Shown: positions 19,799 to 33,984, counted from the stretch's first letter. The stretch is DNA of 64,000 nt from Myxococcota bacterium (GCA_041687695.1 JAWLBL010000015.1:67627-131626), one strand, 5' to 3'. The notes: a model not told the origin generated them from the letters alone. Numbers and translations: made by a program.

Positions 19799-22662
19799 CG
19801 CTGTCCTCCATCCCTCACGTAGCGCTTCACGCCACCTACATCTTCAATCCTCACCTCGAAGGGCGCCTTTGCGGCATGCAGCTCGAATGCTCGAGCGAAG
19901 CGCCGGAAAGCCCGCGGCGACCCGAGCATTCGCGCCGCCTCGTCCTCTCGGATCGCTCCGTGAGCCTCGATGTGCGCGAAGACCTCACGCACGCCGCTGT
20001 CCGGCAGTTCAGCCAGCCACGCGCTCCCCACCGCGCCCTCGGAACGGACCTCGTCCTTGGCGTTCCGGACCCGTGACCCGGACACGGCGTATCTCGCGTC
20101 GACCCGAGCGGGTGTCACCTCGACCTGTCCAAGTGGGTGATGCACCTCCACCTGCACCCGGACATCGGTCGGCCCAGTCAACCTGAAAAACGCCTCGAAC
20201 CACCCGCCAACCTTCGCATCGATCAGCCCGCCATGGAGGCTTCCGGCTTCCGACACCTGGACCAGTTCCAAGTCGACACCAACGGCATCCACCACCCGAA
20301 TCCCCAAGGCGACCGACGCTCCGTCATCCAGACTCAGGGCGTCGGCCCGCACACGACCCTTCAGACGATGTAGACCGGCGACCCCATCGCCCGCCTTGAC
20401 TTCCAACCGGTACGTCGCAAGGCGCCCACCGGCAGGCGCCGTATGGGTCACCGTGATGACCGGGATGACTCGCTCCTGCAGGCTGTTGCCCCCGTGCGCA
20501 AACCCCCGCGCTGCCTTGCCGTTGGCGAACAGAGCGGCCGTCTCCGGGACGACCAGATGACCATCCGCGCCGTCGTACCGCAGCTCGCCAAGCGCCATCC
20601 GTACGTTCCCTGGCTCATCGGCAGCCTCCTGCCGGAACACATGCCGCCGCCCCGCATCCCCCGTCTTTCCGAACGGCACCCGAGGCGATTCGTCGTCCGC
20701 CAGCAAGAACCCATGGTCCGCCGTGACTACGAACCGCTGAACGCCCGCAGACCGCAAGCGACGCCATGCTCGGGTCAGATCCCTCAGGACGCCCTCGAAG
20801 GTCTGTAGACCGAGCCCCTGCTCACCGGCCTGATCGATCTCCAGGCTGTGCACCACCACCAACCGAGCCTCGGCGATCTTCTGCTTCAAGACGTGCGTTT
20901 CGCACCCGACGACCTCGTGCAGCGGAATCGACGGGCAGGTCCGGCCCCCAATCCGATCGTGCATCGCCCGTCGCCGACTCTCCGGGTCACACACCCGGAA
21001 TTCACCGGCCCGGAGCCCCAGCACCCGGCCGCCCTTCATATCCAAGCCCAATCGTCCGCGCTCCACCACCGGCGCCAGAGCGTTCATCCCGACTTCCGTG
21101 ACCGTCGGCAGCTCGGCTAGCCTCGCCTCCACCTCGACGGTGGTCATCTCGTCCTCGCGCATACCCGCGGCGAGCTGCGCCCCCATCTCGAAGCGGAGCG
21201 CGTCCACCAGGAAGTAGGCCACGGCGCCCGCCCTGCTATCCACCAGTGGCTTGACGACCTCGTCGAAGATGGCCCGCTGAAGGAGGCGTTCCTCTGGCAA
21301 GAAGCCCTCGGCCCGACACAAGGCGTTGAAGTCGCTCGCCCAAGCATCGGACCACTCGCGCACCGGGCGCCTCATCGCATCCAGGCGCGCCCGCAGCACC
21401 TCGGCTTTCGGCAACGCCGAATCGAGCAGCGTCAGACGTCGCGCCTCCAACCGCCGATGCGCCGCATCCACGGCCGCGCCTCGCTGCTCGTAGCGCTGCA
21501 CGGCGGCTCCGAGTCCGCCAGACTTCACCCCGAGCCGCGGGCCTGCCGCCCTGAGCGCCTGCCCCAGCGCCGCCGCCAGCCCGATCAGCTCCCAGGCCGA
21601 GCGGCGCGGTACATCCTCCTCCACCCAGAACGATCCTCCTCCCAGACGCTGCTGCGCCCACTCGGCCGCCTCGTCCCAGGCCTGCCGTCCCAACGCTGCC
21701 AACGCAGCCTCGAAGATCAGCTCTTCCTCGAATCGGAAGGTGTCGATGCGGCCCAGGTCGCTCGCGGCGGCGGCTATCACCTCGACCTGGAGCGCCGCCT
21801 CGGTAGCATCGGCCGTCCGGATGTAGACCTCGCGTCTCCGGCGCAGGGCCCGCGCCAACCCCGTACAGTTGGCCACCACCTGGGCCGGGAGCGCCTTCGC
21901 CGCATGCAGCTCGGCAGCCGTTGGCGGCCGACTCAGGTCATGCACATACTCGACCGCCAGAGCCCAACTCGTCACCTCGAAGGCCACCGCCTCGGCCGCC
22001 AGCCGGCCCCCCAGGCCCTGCGCACCGATGTCCCGCCACGCCGTTGGCAGCCCCGTCCAGCGCTCGAACGCGCCCCGCACCGCGCGTCGGTCGGATTCCA
22101 AATCCATGCGTTTCGCCAAGGGACCACCCCCTAGCAGCTCGTCGACCACTCGTTCGAGCCCCATTGCCTCGAGCTGCGCGGCCAGGCCGTCATCTCCCTC
22201 GCTCAGAGCCGCCAACCAGGCATCCGCCTCCTCCAGAGTCGGCGCGCCCTCGCGACCCTGCGTGTGGAACCGATCGATCAGGCCGGGTTGAACCCGTCCC
22301 GCCGCGGCCTCCACCACCAGGGTCTCCAGGCTCTTCGTGTACGTTCGCCCAATCTCGGCCAGCTCGAGTAAAGGAGTCGTGGCGAGCGCCGCTTCATCGA
22401 AGCCCGGCACGTGCACCAGCAACTGCGGCTTGGCCAGCCCTCCAGTGAGCTCGATCACGTCCAGCATCAACTCGAGGTGGCTTCCTCGGAACGCGCGCAC
22501 CTCGAATCCCGCCCGAGCCCCAGCCCTCCAGCGGTCCACGAAACCGGTGAAGGCCTTCTCCGGGTCCAGCCAGATGACGAGACCATGCTGCCGGACCACC
22601 CGGCTGACTTCGGCCTCCAGCACCGCCGAAACCGGCCCTACCTCGTCGGCCGCCACCTGCAT
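19795..22662 (-). CDS. pglZ: BREX PglZ phosphatase/nuclease
   Basis: LVDALRFEMG, LPTVTEVGMNAL, VTADHGF, HGGNSLQE. ATG 22662 has an AAGGAGG RBS (alternative GTG 22680). Confidence 0.92.
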   Translation of the reverse strand: MQVAADEVGPVSAVLEAEVSRVVRQHGLVIWLDPEKAFTGFVDRWRAGARAGFEVRAFRGSHLELMLDVIELTGGLAKPQLLVHVPGFDEAALATTPLLELAEIGRTYTKSLETLVVEAAAGRVQPGLIDRFHTQGREGAPTLEEADAWLAALSEGDDGLAAQLEAMGLERVVDELLGGGPLAKRMDLESDRRAVRGAFERWTGLPTAWRDIGAQGLGGRLAAEAVAFEVTSWALAVEYVHDLSRPPTAAELHAAKALPAQVVANCTGLARALRRRREVYIRTADATEAALQVEVIAAAASDLGRIDTFRFEEELIFEAALAALGRQAWDEAAEWAQQRLGGGSFWVEEDVPRRSAWELIGLAAALGQALRAAGPRLGVKSGGLGAAVQRYEQRGAAVDAAHRRLEARRLTLLDSALPKAEVLRARLDAMRRPVREWSDAWASDFNALCRAEGFLPEERLLQRAIFDEVVKPLVDSRAGAVAYFLVDALRFEMGAQLAAGMREDEMTTVEVEARLAELPTVTEVGMNALAPVVERGRLGLDMKGGRVLGLRAGEFRVCDPESRRRAMHDRIGGRTCPSIPLHEVVGCETHVLKQKIAEARLVVVHSLEIDQAGEQGLGLQTFEGVLRDLTRAWRRLRSAGVQRFVVTADHGFLLADDESPRVPFGKTGDAGRRHVFRQEAADEPGNVRMALGELRYDGADGHLVVPETAALFANGKAARGFAHGGNSLQERVIPVITVTHTAPAGGRLATYRLEVKAGDGVAGLHRLKGRVRADALSLDDGASVALGIRVVDAVGVDLELVQVSEAGSLHGGLIDAKVGGWFEAFFRLTGPTDVRVQVEVHHPLGQVEVTPARVDARYAVSGSRVRNAKDEVRSEGAVGSAWLAELPDSGVREVFAHIEAHGAIREDEAARMLGSPRAFRRFARAFELHAAKAPFEVRIEDVGGVKRYVRDGGQR

Positions 22663-22826
22663 CCGGTCCTCCTTGGCCACCCCGACTGCTCGCGGCAGCC
22701 TATCCTCATCACATTATTCGACCAATCCCACCAGACCGCGAAAAGCGTCCGTGCCCTCGGTTTCGTTCGATGAGAGGGCGGCGGGTCGATCCCCTCTTTC
22801 GCGAGCCGGCGCCAAGCGGCCGCCAG

Positions 22827-24491
22827 TCAGCTTTCGCTTGCATGCTCCAATCGGGTCTCACCCGCCCGCCGTCGGCCGGCTTCTCTGAGGCCGTCCACCA
22901 GACGTGCGACCTCCAGTCGCGCTACCTCGTCGTCGGGTTCCGGGACCGGACAGATGAGACGGTGCTCCTTGCTCGCTTCCTGTTCGGCCGCCCCCGTCCA
23001 CCTGGTTCGTGGGCCAGGGAAAACTACGAAGGCGTTCGGTTCCTGGCACGACAGGAGCCGGTCGTCCCCCGACTTCCACCGCAGTTCGGCTTGATATCTG
23101 CCTACTTTCTCGATTTTCTTCGTGCCGTCGCTGAACTCCGGATTGGCCAGCGATGCGTCACCGATGGCGAAGGCGCAGCAGTCCCCACTCGACCAGATCA
23201 GTAGGTAGTCTGGAGAACGCTCCTTGCCACTGAGCAGTGTGTCCCGCTCCTCGATCTGTTCGGCCGCCCACGTCCACCGCGAAATCGTCCTCTCATGCAA
23301 GCCAGGAGCATCTCCGAGGTTCACCTGGATCGACGTCGGCTGGAACTCGAACCTCAGCCGTTCACCTTCGCGAGACAACGTCCAGACTGCGTGAGTGATG
23401 CTGCCGGCAAAGCCGTGCGTTGGCGGGCCTGTCACGTGAGGCGCGTCGCCCGTCCAGCCCAGCTCTCGCAGCGCCCGAACCATGCGCACGGCGCCCCAGA
23501 CTTCGAAGATGTCTGGGGCCTTGAGCATGGGAAGGGCGGAGTAGCTGCTCTGATCCATGATCGGGCGCTCGCTCAGCTTGCTTTGGAAGGCCTGCAGCAA
23601 ACGGCGCAGCCTGAAATCGCGCTGGACGGCCGGCGTCACAGCGACCTCGGATTGCAGGTGTCGTACATGAGCGAACAAGGACCAGACCCGTGTTTGCACG
23701 GTTCGCAGCTCACTCAACCTCTGCGAGCAGTCATCGCGCTCCCTTCGCACCTCCGCGGCTCGTTTCGGCCCGCACGAGCTCAGGCGAGCTTCCACCTCGC
23801 GCAGCGTTGCCATCAGAGCCGACTCGTGCTGCAGCAGATCCGCAACCCGCTTGCGACACCAGGCCGACATCAGTCGATGCTCGGGCAAGTCATCCAACAC
23901 ATCCGTTGTGTGGCTGCGGGAAAGAACCCCGAGTTCTCGGTAGGGCAGAAGCACGAGCCCTTGGGCGCAGCCGAGTTCCTGGTCCACGTCTTGGATCAGA
24001 AGGTCTCTCTGGCCGCCCGCGCTCCGAATGGCTTCAGCGTGTGCCCTCGAACGCAGGTTGGCCGCATCCCAAACGACTGCGCATCCCAACTCGGCCTCGA
24101 TCTCGGCCAAGATGCGCACCAACTGTGCACGATCGAACAGACTGGCGGGCCAGAGGTAGCATTCCAGCCGAGCCTCGGGCGCGCCCCGTAGGCGCGCCGC
24201 GAAAGTACCGAACCTGCGTTGCTCAGCGATCTCCCCACCCAGCGGCTTCCAGGAGAACCAAGTGAGACCTTCCGCCGGAAGACCCGCACTCGTTATCACC
24301 TCCGGCGCGAGCTGCTTGCGTTCTCCGTCTCCGCCGCGCTCGAGCGCGATGCGGTTGGAAGTCGCCGCGAAGTACAGCTCGGGACATCGATCGTCGAGCT
24401 GCACCACGAACGGCTCGTCGTAGGGAAGCACGTCGAAGCGTTCGGCGGTGGCCGAGCGGACGGCGATCATGGAGATCTGCGGAACAGACAT
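22827..24491 (-). CDS. McrC-like (DUF2357-type) PD-(D/E)XK-fold protein with coiled coil
   Basis: Directly downstream of the McrB-like gene. IFEVW, RSPDYLL, IGDAS, KIEKVGRY and a central heptad-rich helix. Start could be GTG 24512. Confidence 0.6.
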   Translation of the reverse strand: MSVPQISMIAVRSATAERFDVLPYDEPFVVQLDDRCPELYFAATSNRIALERGGDGERKQLAPEVITSAGLPAEGLTWFSWKPLGGEIAEQRRFGTFAARLRGAPEARLECYLWPASLFDRAQLVRILAEIEAELGCAVVWDAANLRSRAHAEAIRSAGGQRDLLIQDVDQELGCAQGLVLLPYRELGVLSRSHTTDVLDDLPEHRLMSAWCRKRVADLLQHESALMATLREVEARLSSCGPKRAAEVRRERDDCSQRLSELRTVQTRVWSLFAHVRHLQSEVAVTPAVQRDFRLRRLLQAFQSKLSERPIMDQSSYSALPMLKAPDIFEVWGAVRMVRALRELGWTGDAPHVTGPPTHGFAGSITHAVWTLSREGERLRFEFQPTSIQVNLGDAPGLHERTISRWTWAAEQIEERDTLLSGKERSPDYLLIWSSGDCCAFAIGDASLANPEFSDGTKKIEKVGRYQAELRWKSGDDRLLSCQEPNAFVVFPGPRTRWTGAAEQEASKEHRLICPVPEPDDEVARLEVARLVDGLREAGRRRAGETRLEHASES

Positions 24492-24502
24492 GGGACCGCC
24501 TG

Positions 24503-27496
24503 CTACTGCCACGGCGAGACGAAGCCCATCGTCATCTGCTTCGAAGCGAGTTCGATACGGCGGCGACAGCGGGGCAGGTCGTTGAGGCCCAGCTTCTTGA
24601 GCGCGGCGATGACCGGTCCCACCTGGTCGGCGGCTCCCGATAGTTTCGTCAGGATTCGGCTGGCCAGCAGGCGGTCGAGGACCTCGCTGGCCGAGATCAG
24701 CTCGGCCGCGTCGGACCCGAGGCTCTCGTACAGGCTGATGAAGCCCGCGACGTCCTCCAGCACTCGGCGCGAGGGCAACAAGTCTTCGCGAAGGTGGTCC
24801 TTGCGCACGGTCTCGGTCATGGTCCGAGTGACGGAGGCGACTTGCTCCCAGGCCTCGGAGCTCGGCTTGCTGTCCGGGAGCGACGGTAGGCCGCTCAGGG
24901 TGACGGGCTCCTTGGGATCGACACCGAGCGGTCGCACCCTCACCGAACTCAAGTCCAGCTCGGGTGCATCGAGCTCGATGAGAAAGCAGCGGTCGAGCAC
25001 CTTGGGCGACGGCGGGCGAGAGGTGTCATCGATGTTGAGGGTTCCGCAGGCATACAGTTCGGTTGGCCACTCCGCGGGACGTGAGGAGACGGGCAGGTCC
25101 TTAAAGAACTTGGCCAGATAGTACTCGGGCCGCGTCAGGTTCACCTCGTCGAACAGCACGAGGTGCCGGTCTCCCCGCAACTCCTTGAGCTTCGGGACCA
25201 GGCCCTTCGATCCATAGATCGTCTTGTCGTTCGTCCAGTGAGCCTGGACCGCTATCTCGTGGAAGGTACGCTCACCTACGGTGCCAAGCAGCTGGCTGGC
25301 CGTGCGGACCAGGGTCGTCTTCCCGCATCCAGGGGGGCCGGCCAACAGCACGAAGGGCCTGACCGCCAAGCCCAGCAGCAGCATCGTCAGGTTGCCGCGT
25401 TCGACAGGCTCTCCAACGCTGCTTGCGTGGTCCATGGCCTCGAAGAGTTGCCCGATGAACGGCTTGTTCGGCGCTCGACCTCGGCGGGCTGGCGTGATCG
25501 GGGTGGCCGGCTGCGGGGCCTCGGGCGGCTCAGCTGCGGCTTCGACCTCCTCACTACTCGGCTGCGCGTCCAAGTCGGCTTCGGCCCACGGCCTTCCGTC
25601 GACGAGGGGCGGACCCGCGTCGGCTTCGGGGAGGATTAGCGGCGGCTCCTTGCGCTGCTCCGATCCATATCTCGGGCCCGCATCGATGCTCGTGGAGTCC
25701 GACGTCACGATGTTGCCTCCGGTGGGCTCACCTTCCAATCGCCGGAAGACACGGGGACCCTCGTGCTGAAACGCCTTGATGGGCAGCGTGCCGGCCTGTG
25801 CTGTGACCACGACGGTCTTCGACATGCCGAGATCGATGATGATGTCGCTGGCCTCATCGAACCCAACGCAACCCTCAGGGACAGTTCTCTCCGCCATCGG
25901 GTGAGCCACTGGCTGGCTCGCAACTCGAACCCCTTTCATGTCCAGGAACAGGGCATCGGTGTTCTGCACCTGCATGGACTTGACTCTGGCGATTCGCTCG
26001 TCAGGGTCCCAGAGCACCTCCATCGACCCGGGAGCGCGCCTGACCGTCAAGTCCCTCCGGGGGTACTCGGTTCGGTCTACGCGTCCGCCATCCTTGCTTG
26101 GCAGCAGGCCTGCGGTGAGCTCGTCATCCTTTCGGAAGGGAGGTGTCGGGATGAGGCGAAGTCCCCCGACATCCGCGAACTCCTCGTTGCGCTCGACGAC
26201 CGTCACGCTGTTCGCCTTCGCCCCGCGTACTCGCCACTCGAAGACGACGTCGGCCGGCATGGTGGACAGGAAGTCGCTTTCGGGAGCCTTGACGTCGACC
26301 CGCCCGGGGCCGTGAAGGCGCCGGGGCTGATGTTGCTGATGCAGTACGTGAGCAAGTCCGCCGAGGGCAGCTGCGATTGCGTACGCGCTCCCAACTCTGA
26401 AGATGTCACATGAGACTACTTCCTTGCCGTAGATCGCCGAGTGCATCGCCTCCTCGAACCCGACGAGCTGGCTGGTGCCGCCGGCGAGGATGATGCCGTC
26501 GATGATCCGATGAATCTGTTCGCCTGACGTCACGCCATGGCGCTCGAGGTGGGGGGTGATCTGCTCCTTGGCGTACTCCGACTTCGTGAGCTGCCCGTAC
26601 AGACGATTAGCCAGGTTGCGATAAAGCGGTGCCAGCTCGTGCCAGAGCCGCTTCGATGCCTTGCGCAAGTGGTCGGGCGTAAGCTCCAGCCCGGCGGGGC
26701 AAGGCGGCGACGTGAGCGCCACGGGCTCCTTCGACTCGGAAACCGCACGCTTGGCGGCCTCCATCAGATCCAGCATGCCCTGGCGACTTGCACCATCGTC
26801 AGTCGACGATGTCAGCTTGAGATCGCGAACCAACTGCTCGTCGACCCACCGGCCACCCAATTCGCTACTATCGCCGCGGACGGGGCGCAGGCGCTCGGGG
26901 CGCTGGCGAGCCGTAGTCGCGTCGACCGTAGTGGCATCCTTGCGAGTCAGGACGAAGGTCATGTTGCAGGTGGCGGCACCTACGTCGATCACCAGGTAGA
27001 TTCCCGTGCGCCGCTTCTCCAGCGCCAGTTCGCGTGTTACCAGCCGGAAGTACTCGAGGACCATTTCGGGCTCGAACAGCGTCGACGCTTCCGGGGCCGC
27101 AGCTTGGATGGCCTCGAGGTACCTCTTGCGACGCCCCTCGTCACCAATCGACGGCATCAGCACCCAAACCGGCCGCCGGTCCTCGCTCCCAGCTCGAACT
27201 CGGCCGAGGATGCTGGACAGGTATCGGCCAAAGACCTCCTGGCTTCCGTAGACCCGGAGCAGAGTCTGGCCTCGCGCTGTGCTCCCGAGGTAAAGGTACC
27301 TGTCCTGCTTTTCACCGAAGAGGATCCAGCGCTTGAGGTCGTCGACTCGGACCACGCTGCCAGCAGGACGTCCGGTCGGCTCGTCCAGATGAAAAGACCA
27401 TTGATCCGGCTTGTTCTCCAGCCCTTCGGCCGCCACCCAGCAGCGGGTGGGACGGAAGGGTTCGCCGGTGTCGTTGTCGGTGTAGAGGAACTTCAT
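24503..27496 (-). CDS. Hsp70-like ATPase domain fused to McrB-family AAA+ domain
   Basis: N-half: VIDVGAATCN, LGGRWVD, EAAKRAVS, ILAGGTS, AAALGG. C-terminus: FVLLAGPPGCGKT, LFDEVNLTRPEYY, GTLNIDDT, SPKVLDR. Confidence 0.82.
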   Translation of the reverse strand: MKFLYTDNDTGEPFRPTRCWVAAEGLENKPDQWSFHLDEPTGRPAGSVVRVDDLKRWILFGEKQDRYLYLGSTARGQTLLRVYGSQEVFGRYLSSILGRVRAGSEDRRPVWVLMPSIGDEGRRKRYLEAIQAAAPEASTLFEPEMVLEYFRLVTRELALEKRRTGIYLVIDVGAATCNMTFVLTRKDATTVDATTARQRPERLRPVRGDSSELGGRWVDEQLVRDLKLTSSTDDGASRQGMLDLMEAAKRAVSESKEPVALTSPPCPAGLELTPDHLRKASKRLWHELAPLYRNLANRLYGQLTKSEYAKEQITPHLERHGVTSGEQIHRIIDGIILAGGTSQLVGFEEAMHSAIYGKEVVSCDIFRVGSAYAIAAALGGLAHVLHQQHQPRRLHGPGRVDVKAPESDFLSTMPADVVFEWRVRGAKANSVTVVERNEEFADVGGLRLIPTPPFRKDDELTAGLLPSKDGGRVDRTEYPRRDLTVRRAPGSMEVLWDPDERIARVKSMQVQNTDALFLDMKGVRVASQPVAHPMAERTVPEGCVGFDEASDIIIDLGMSKTVVVTAQAGTLPIKAFQHEGPRVFRRLEGEPTGGNIVTSDSTSIDAGPRYGSEQRKEPPLILPEADAGPPLVDGRPWAEADLDAQPSSEEVEAAAEPPEAPQPATPITPARRGRAPNKPFIGQLFEAMDHASSVGEPVERGNLTMLLLGLAVRPFVLLAGPPGCGKTTLVRTASQLLGTVGERTFHEIAVQAHWTNDKTIYGSKGLVPKLKELRGDRHLVLFDEVNLTRPEYYLAKFFKDLPVSSRPAEWPTELYACGTLNIDDTSRPPSPKVLDRCFLIELDAPELDLSSVRVRPLGVDPKEPVTLSGLPSLPDSKPSSEAWEQVASVTRTMTETVRKDHLREDLLPSRRVLEDVAGFISLYESLGSDAAELISASEVLDRLLASRILTKLSGAADQVGPVIAALKKLGLNDLPRCRRRIELASKQMTMGFVSPWQ

Positions 27497-27620
27497 CGCA
27501 TCCCCAGGGCGAAATCTTGAGCCCGACGATTATTCGGCGAGAGCAAGCTGCGCAAGCATCTTTGACGCCGAGCTGTATCGGCGCATGGGCTGGCCAGCGG
27601 TTCAGCTCACGGGGGCTCGG

Positions 27621-28346
27621 CTACTTGAAGGGCGGTCCGTAGCTGAGGAGGTGGCGGTCCGGGCTGACTTCGAGCTTCGAGCGCCTGGCAACTGCAACGT
27701 GTTCGTCAAACAGTGCCCTCTTGAGGTGCATCAAGTCATTCCTGTAGTCCTGACGCAGAATCGCGTGCTGTCCGGAAGCGAAAGCCTCTCGTATGGCGGG
27801 GAGGTTGTCCGGCATGCTCCTGGGCTTTCGATACTTGCTCCACACCCGTTCAGCCCACTCCGCCCAGGCATCGTAGAAGTAGTTGCGATAGAGCAAGTCG
27901 AGGAACTCGACCAGAACGCCGTCGTGGCCGAGCCCCCCCAGGTACATCCGCGGCTCGCCCGCAGGAATGGTGTGGACGTGAGGCAACGGCTCTTTGTAGA
28001 GCGGACCAAGACACGTGGGGTCGAAGTCCAGCCGGAAGTACTGCGCGCTCACGCCGGCGTGCCCACGATAGAACTCTTCCAGCGGACCGTCCAACGTGAC
28101 GAGCGCCTGGGCGTTGATGTACGTGACCTGAGCCCCTTTGCGAGCCACTACGCAGAAGAACGCGAGGTTGTCTTCGACCTGGCAGGCTTCAGGTTGGCGG
28201 TTCAGGTGTTGGTCGACGATGCGCTTGAACCAGGCATGCAGGGTCTCGCTAGGGCCTATTCGGCCATCAGATACTTGCCACGTAGGAGGAAATCGCCCTC
28301 CACTCCCAAGAAGCAGCAACAGGTTCTTTGATCCATCTGTGAACAT
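27621..28346 (-). CDS. Hypothetical protein, DUF2290-like motif
   Basis: FRLDFD...EPLPHVH...PR. Starts 1 bp after the upstream gene's stop. Confidence 0.55.
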   Translation of the reverse strand: MFTDGSKNLLLLLGSGGRFPPTWQVSDGRIGPSETLHAWFKRIVDQHLNRQPEACQVEDNLAFFCVVARKGAQVTYINAQALVTLDGPLEEFYRGHAGVSAQYFRLDFDPTCLGPLYKEPLPHVHTIPAGEPRMYLGGLGHDGVLVEFLDLLYRNYFYDAWAEWAERVWSKYRKPRSMPDNLPAIREAFASGQHAILRQDYRNDLMHLKRALFDEHVAVARRSKLEVSPDRHLLSYGPPFK

Positions 28347-28347
28347 G

Positions 28348-29103
28348 TCAGCTCTTGCGCGGCACTGAGGGGGCGCGAAGCGCCGCTTGTATCCTCTCCA
28401 CGGGAACCTCGTTGCCCGAATCAGCGCTCATCAACCAGTTCGCGAGCAAGGTCTCGTGCAGCGCATACAGCTTCCAGGAACAGACATCAGCTCTGAGGTT
28501 GAGGGGTTTGCGTGTGTTGAGCCAGAGCTGGTGCCGTAGACCTACCGGCTCGCCGGTGATCGCGTCGTAATCGTGTGCCAACTCCTCCTCCTCCCCCAGG
28601 AGCTGGGCCGTCTCGCACATCAAGGGGACCACCTTGGGCCCTCCCGCCTTCTCGATGGCCTCGTGAATCGCACGGCAACGGCTGGTGTGGCCAGAGAAGA
28701 CCTTCCATTGCAGCTCGGGGAACAGACGGTGCATCTCTTTGACGAGTCGCTCCTGGACCAGCTGGCTGGCTGCATACCAGGGAGGCATGCGCCCGGACTG
28801 TGACAGGAACTCGAGAACTTCGAGCAGGCTGTCTTGGTGCATGCCCAGCCGGACCGCGGCCCAGCGGACGGGCAAGACCTCCTCCTTCTGGAAGAAGTTC
28901 TCCAGGCTGTGTCGGTCGTAAGTCTCTCCGGCCAAAGCTTCGGGCGGCTGGCTGAAGCCCTGTCGGAACAAGAAGGCCCTCCACTGCCCGTGGACCCAAC
29001 CGACGGCCACTTCAGGCCCGTACATGTCGGCAATCAGTTGGTAGTCGCAGTACCGAGCGCTAAGGCGCTTCAGCTTCTCCTGGACTTCCTCAGCAGTCAT
29101 CAT
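28348..29103 (-). CDS. Hypothetical protein with possible HTH
   Basis: GAGGAG RBS. VLPVRWAAVRLGMHQDSLLEVL resembles an excisionase/MerR-type HTH. Confidence 0.65.
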   Translation of the reverse strand: MMTAEEVQEKLKRLSARYCDYQLIADMYGPEVAVGWVHGQWRAFLFRQGFSQPPEALAGETYDRHSLENFFQKEEVLPVRWAAVRLGMHQDSLLEVLEFLSQSGRMPPWYAASQLVQERLVKEMHRLFPELQWKVFSGHTSRCRAIHEAIEKAGGPKVVPLMCETAQLLGEEEELAHDYDAITGEPVGLRHQLWLNTRKPLNLRADVCSWKLYALHETLLANWLMSADSGNEVPVERIQAALRAPSVPRKS

Positions 29104-29143
29104 GGGTAGGTCTCCTCGTAATCATCTGGGTACGGGCACGGGG

Positions 29144-33393
<4,250 letters not shown>

Positions 33394-33394
<1 letters not shown>

Positions 33395-33984
33395 CACTTC
33401 CCTCCGAGAGCGTCGGCGACGCGGCGTTCGAGATCCGCCACTTCGGGGCACAGGCGCTTGACCCGCTTGTAGTTGGCGGCGGCCTCACGCCCCAGGGGCT
33501 CCCGGCCTCCACCGGCTGCCGCCGAGAGTCCGCGCTTTTGGGCATAGGGCCTGAAGTACGTTTCCTTGGGGTCCCGATGGCCACGCACCTTGGCCCAGGC
33601 CCAATCCTTAGGCAGGTCCTTCATAGCAGCCAAGAGCCACACTTCGACTTCTTGCCAAGCGTGCTCTGCGAGAAGGACCTTCCCAGCAGTTCCGAGGACG
33701 GCCTGCGCCTGTGCTTCGATGCTATGGAGCCTGGCTTTTCGGGTGGGCTCGCCGTCCCGATCCACCAGAATGAGAAAGAGCCGGGTCATGGGCCGCCAAG
33801 CGTCCAAGATGGAGCTGACAGTCGCCCAATCCAGCGCCTGATCCACCCCCTGGAGAAAGGGCTCCTGGCAGACCCGAACGCGCGCCTTGTAGCCCAGCTC
33901 GGTCATCATCCTGGTGATGAGCGGCTTGAGCATCGCCTCATCTCCTCGGCTACTCTCTGGGATGATGGTCACTCCGAGGGCCAC
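33394..33984 (-). CDS. TOPRIM-like protein (DUF4276/RloB-like)
   Basis: N-terminal IIPE..GD, ILVDRD (DxD), QEVEVWLL, DPK. Overlaps the ATPase gene. Confidence 0.65.

Noticed and set aside
24503..27496. Housekeeping dnaK
   Set aside because: Highly divergent, fused to McrB, no dnaJ/grpE nearby, and inside a defence operon.
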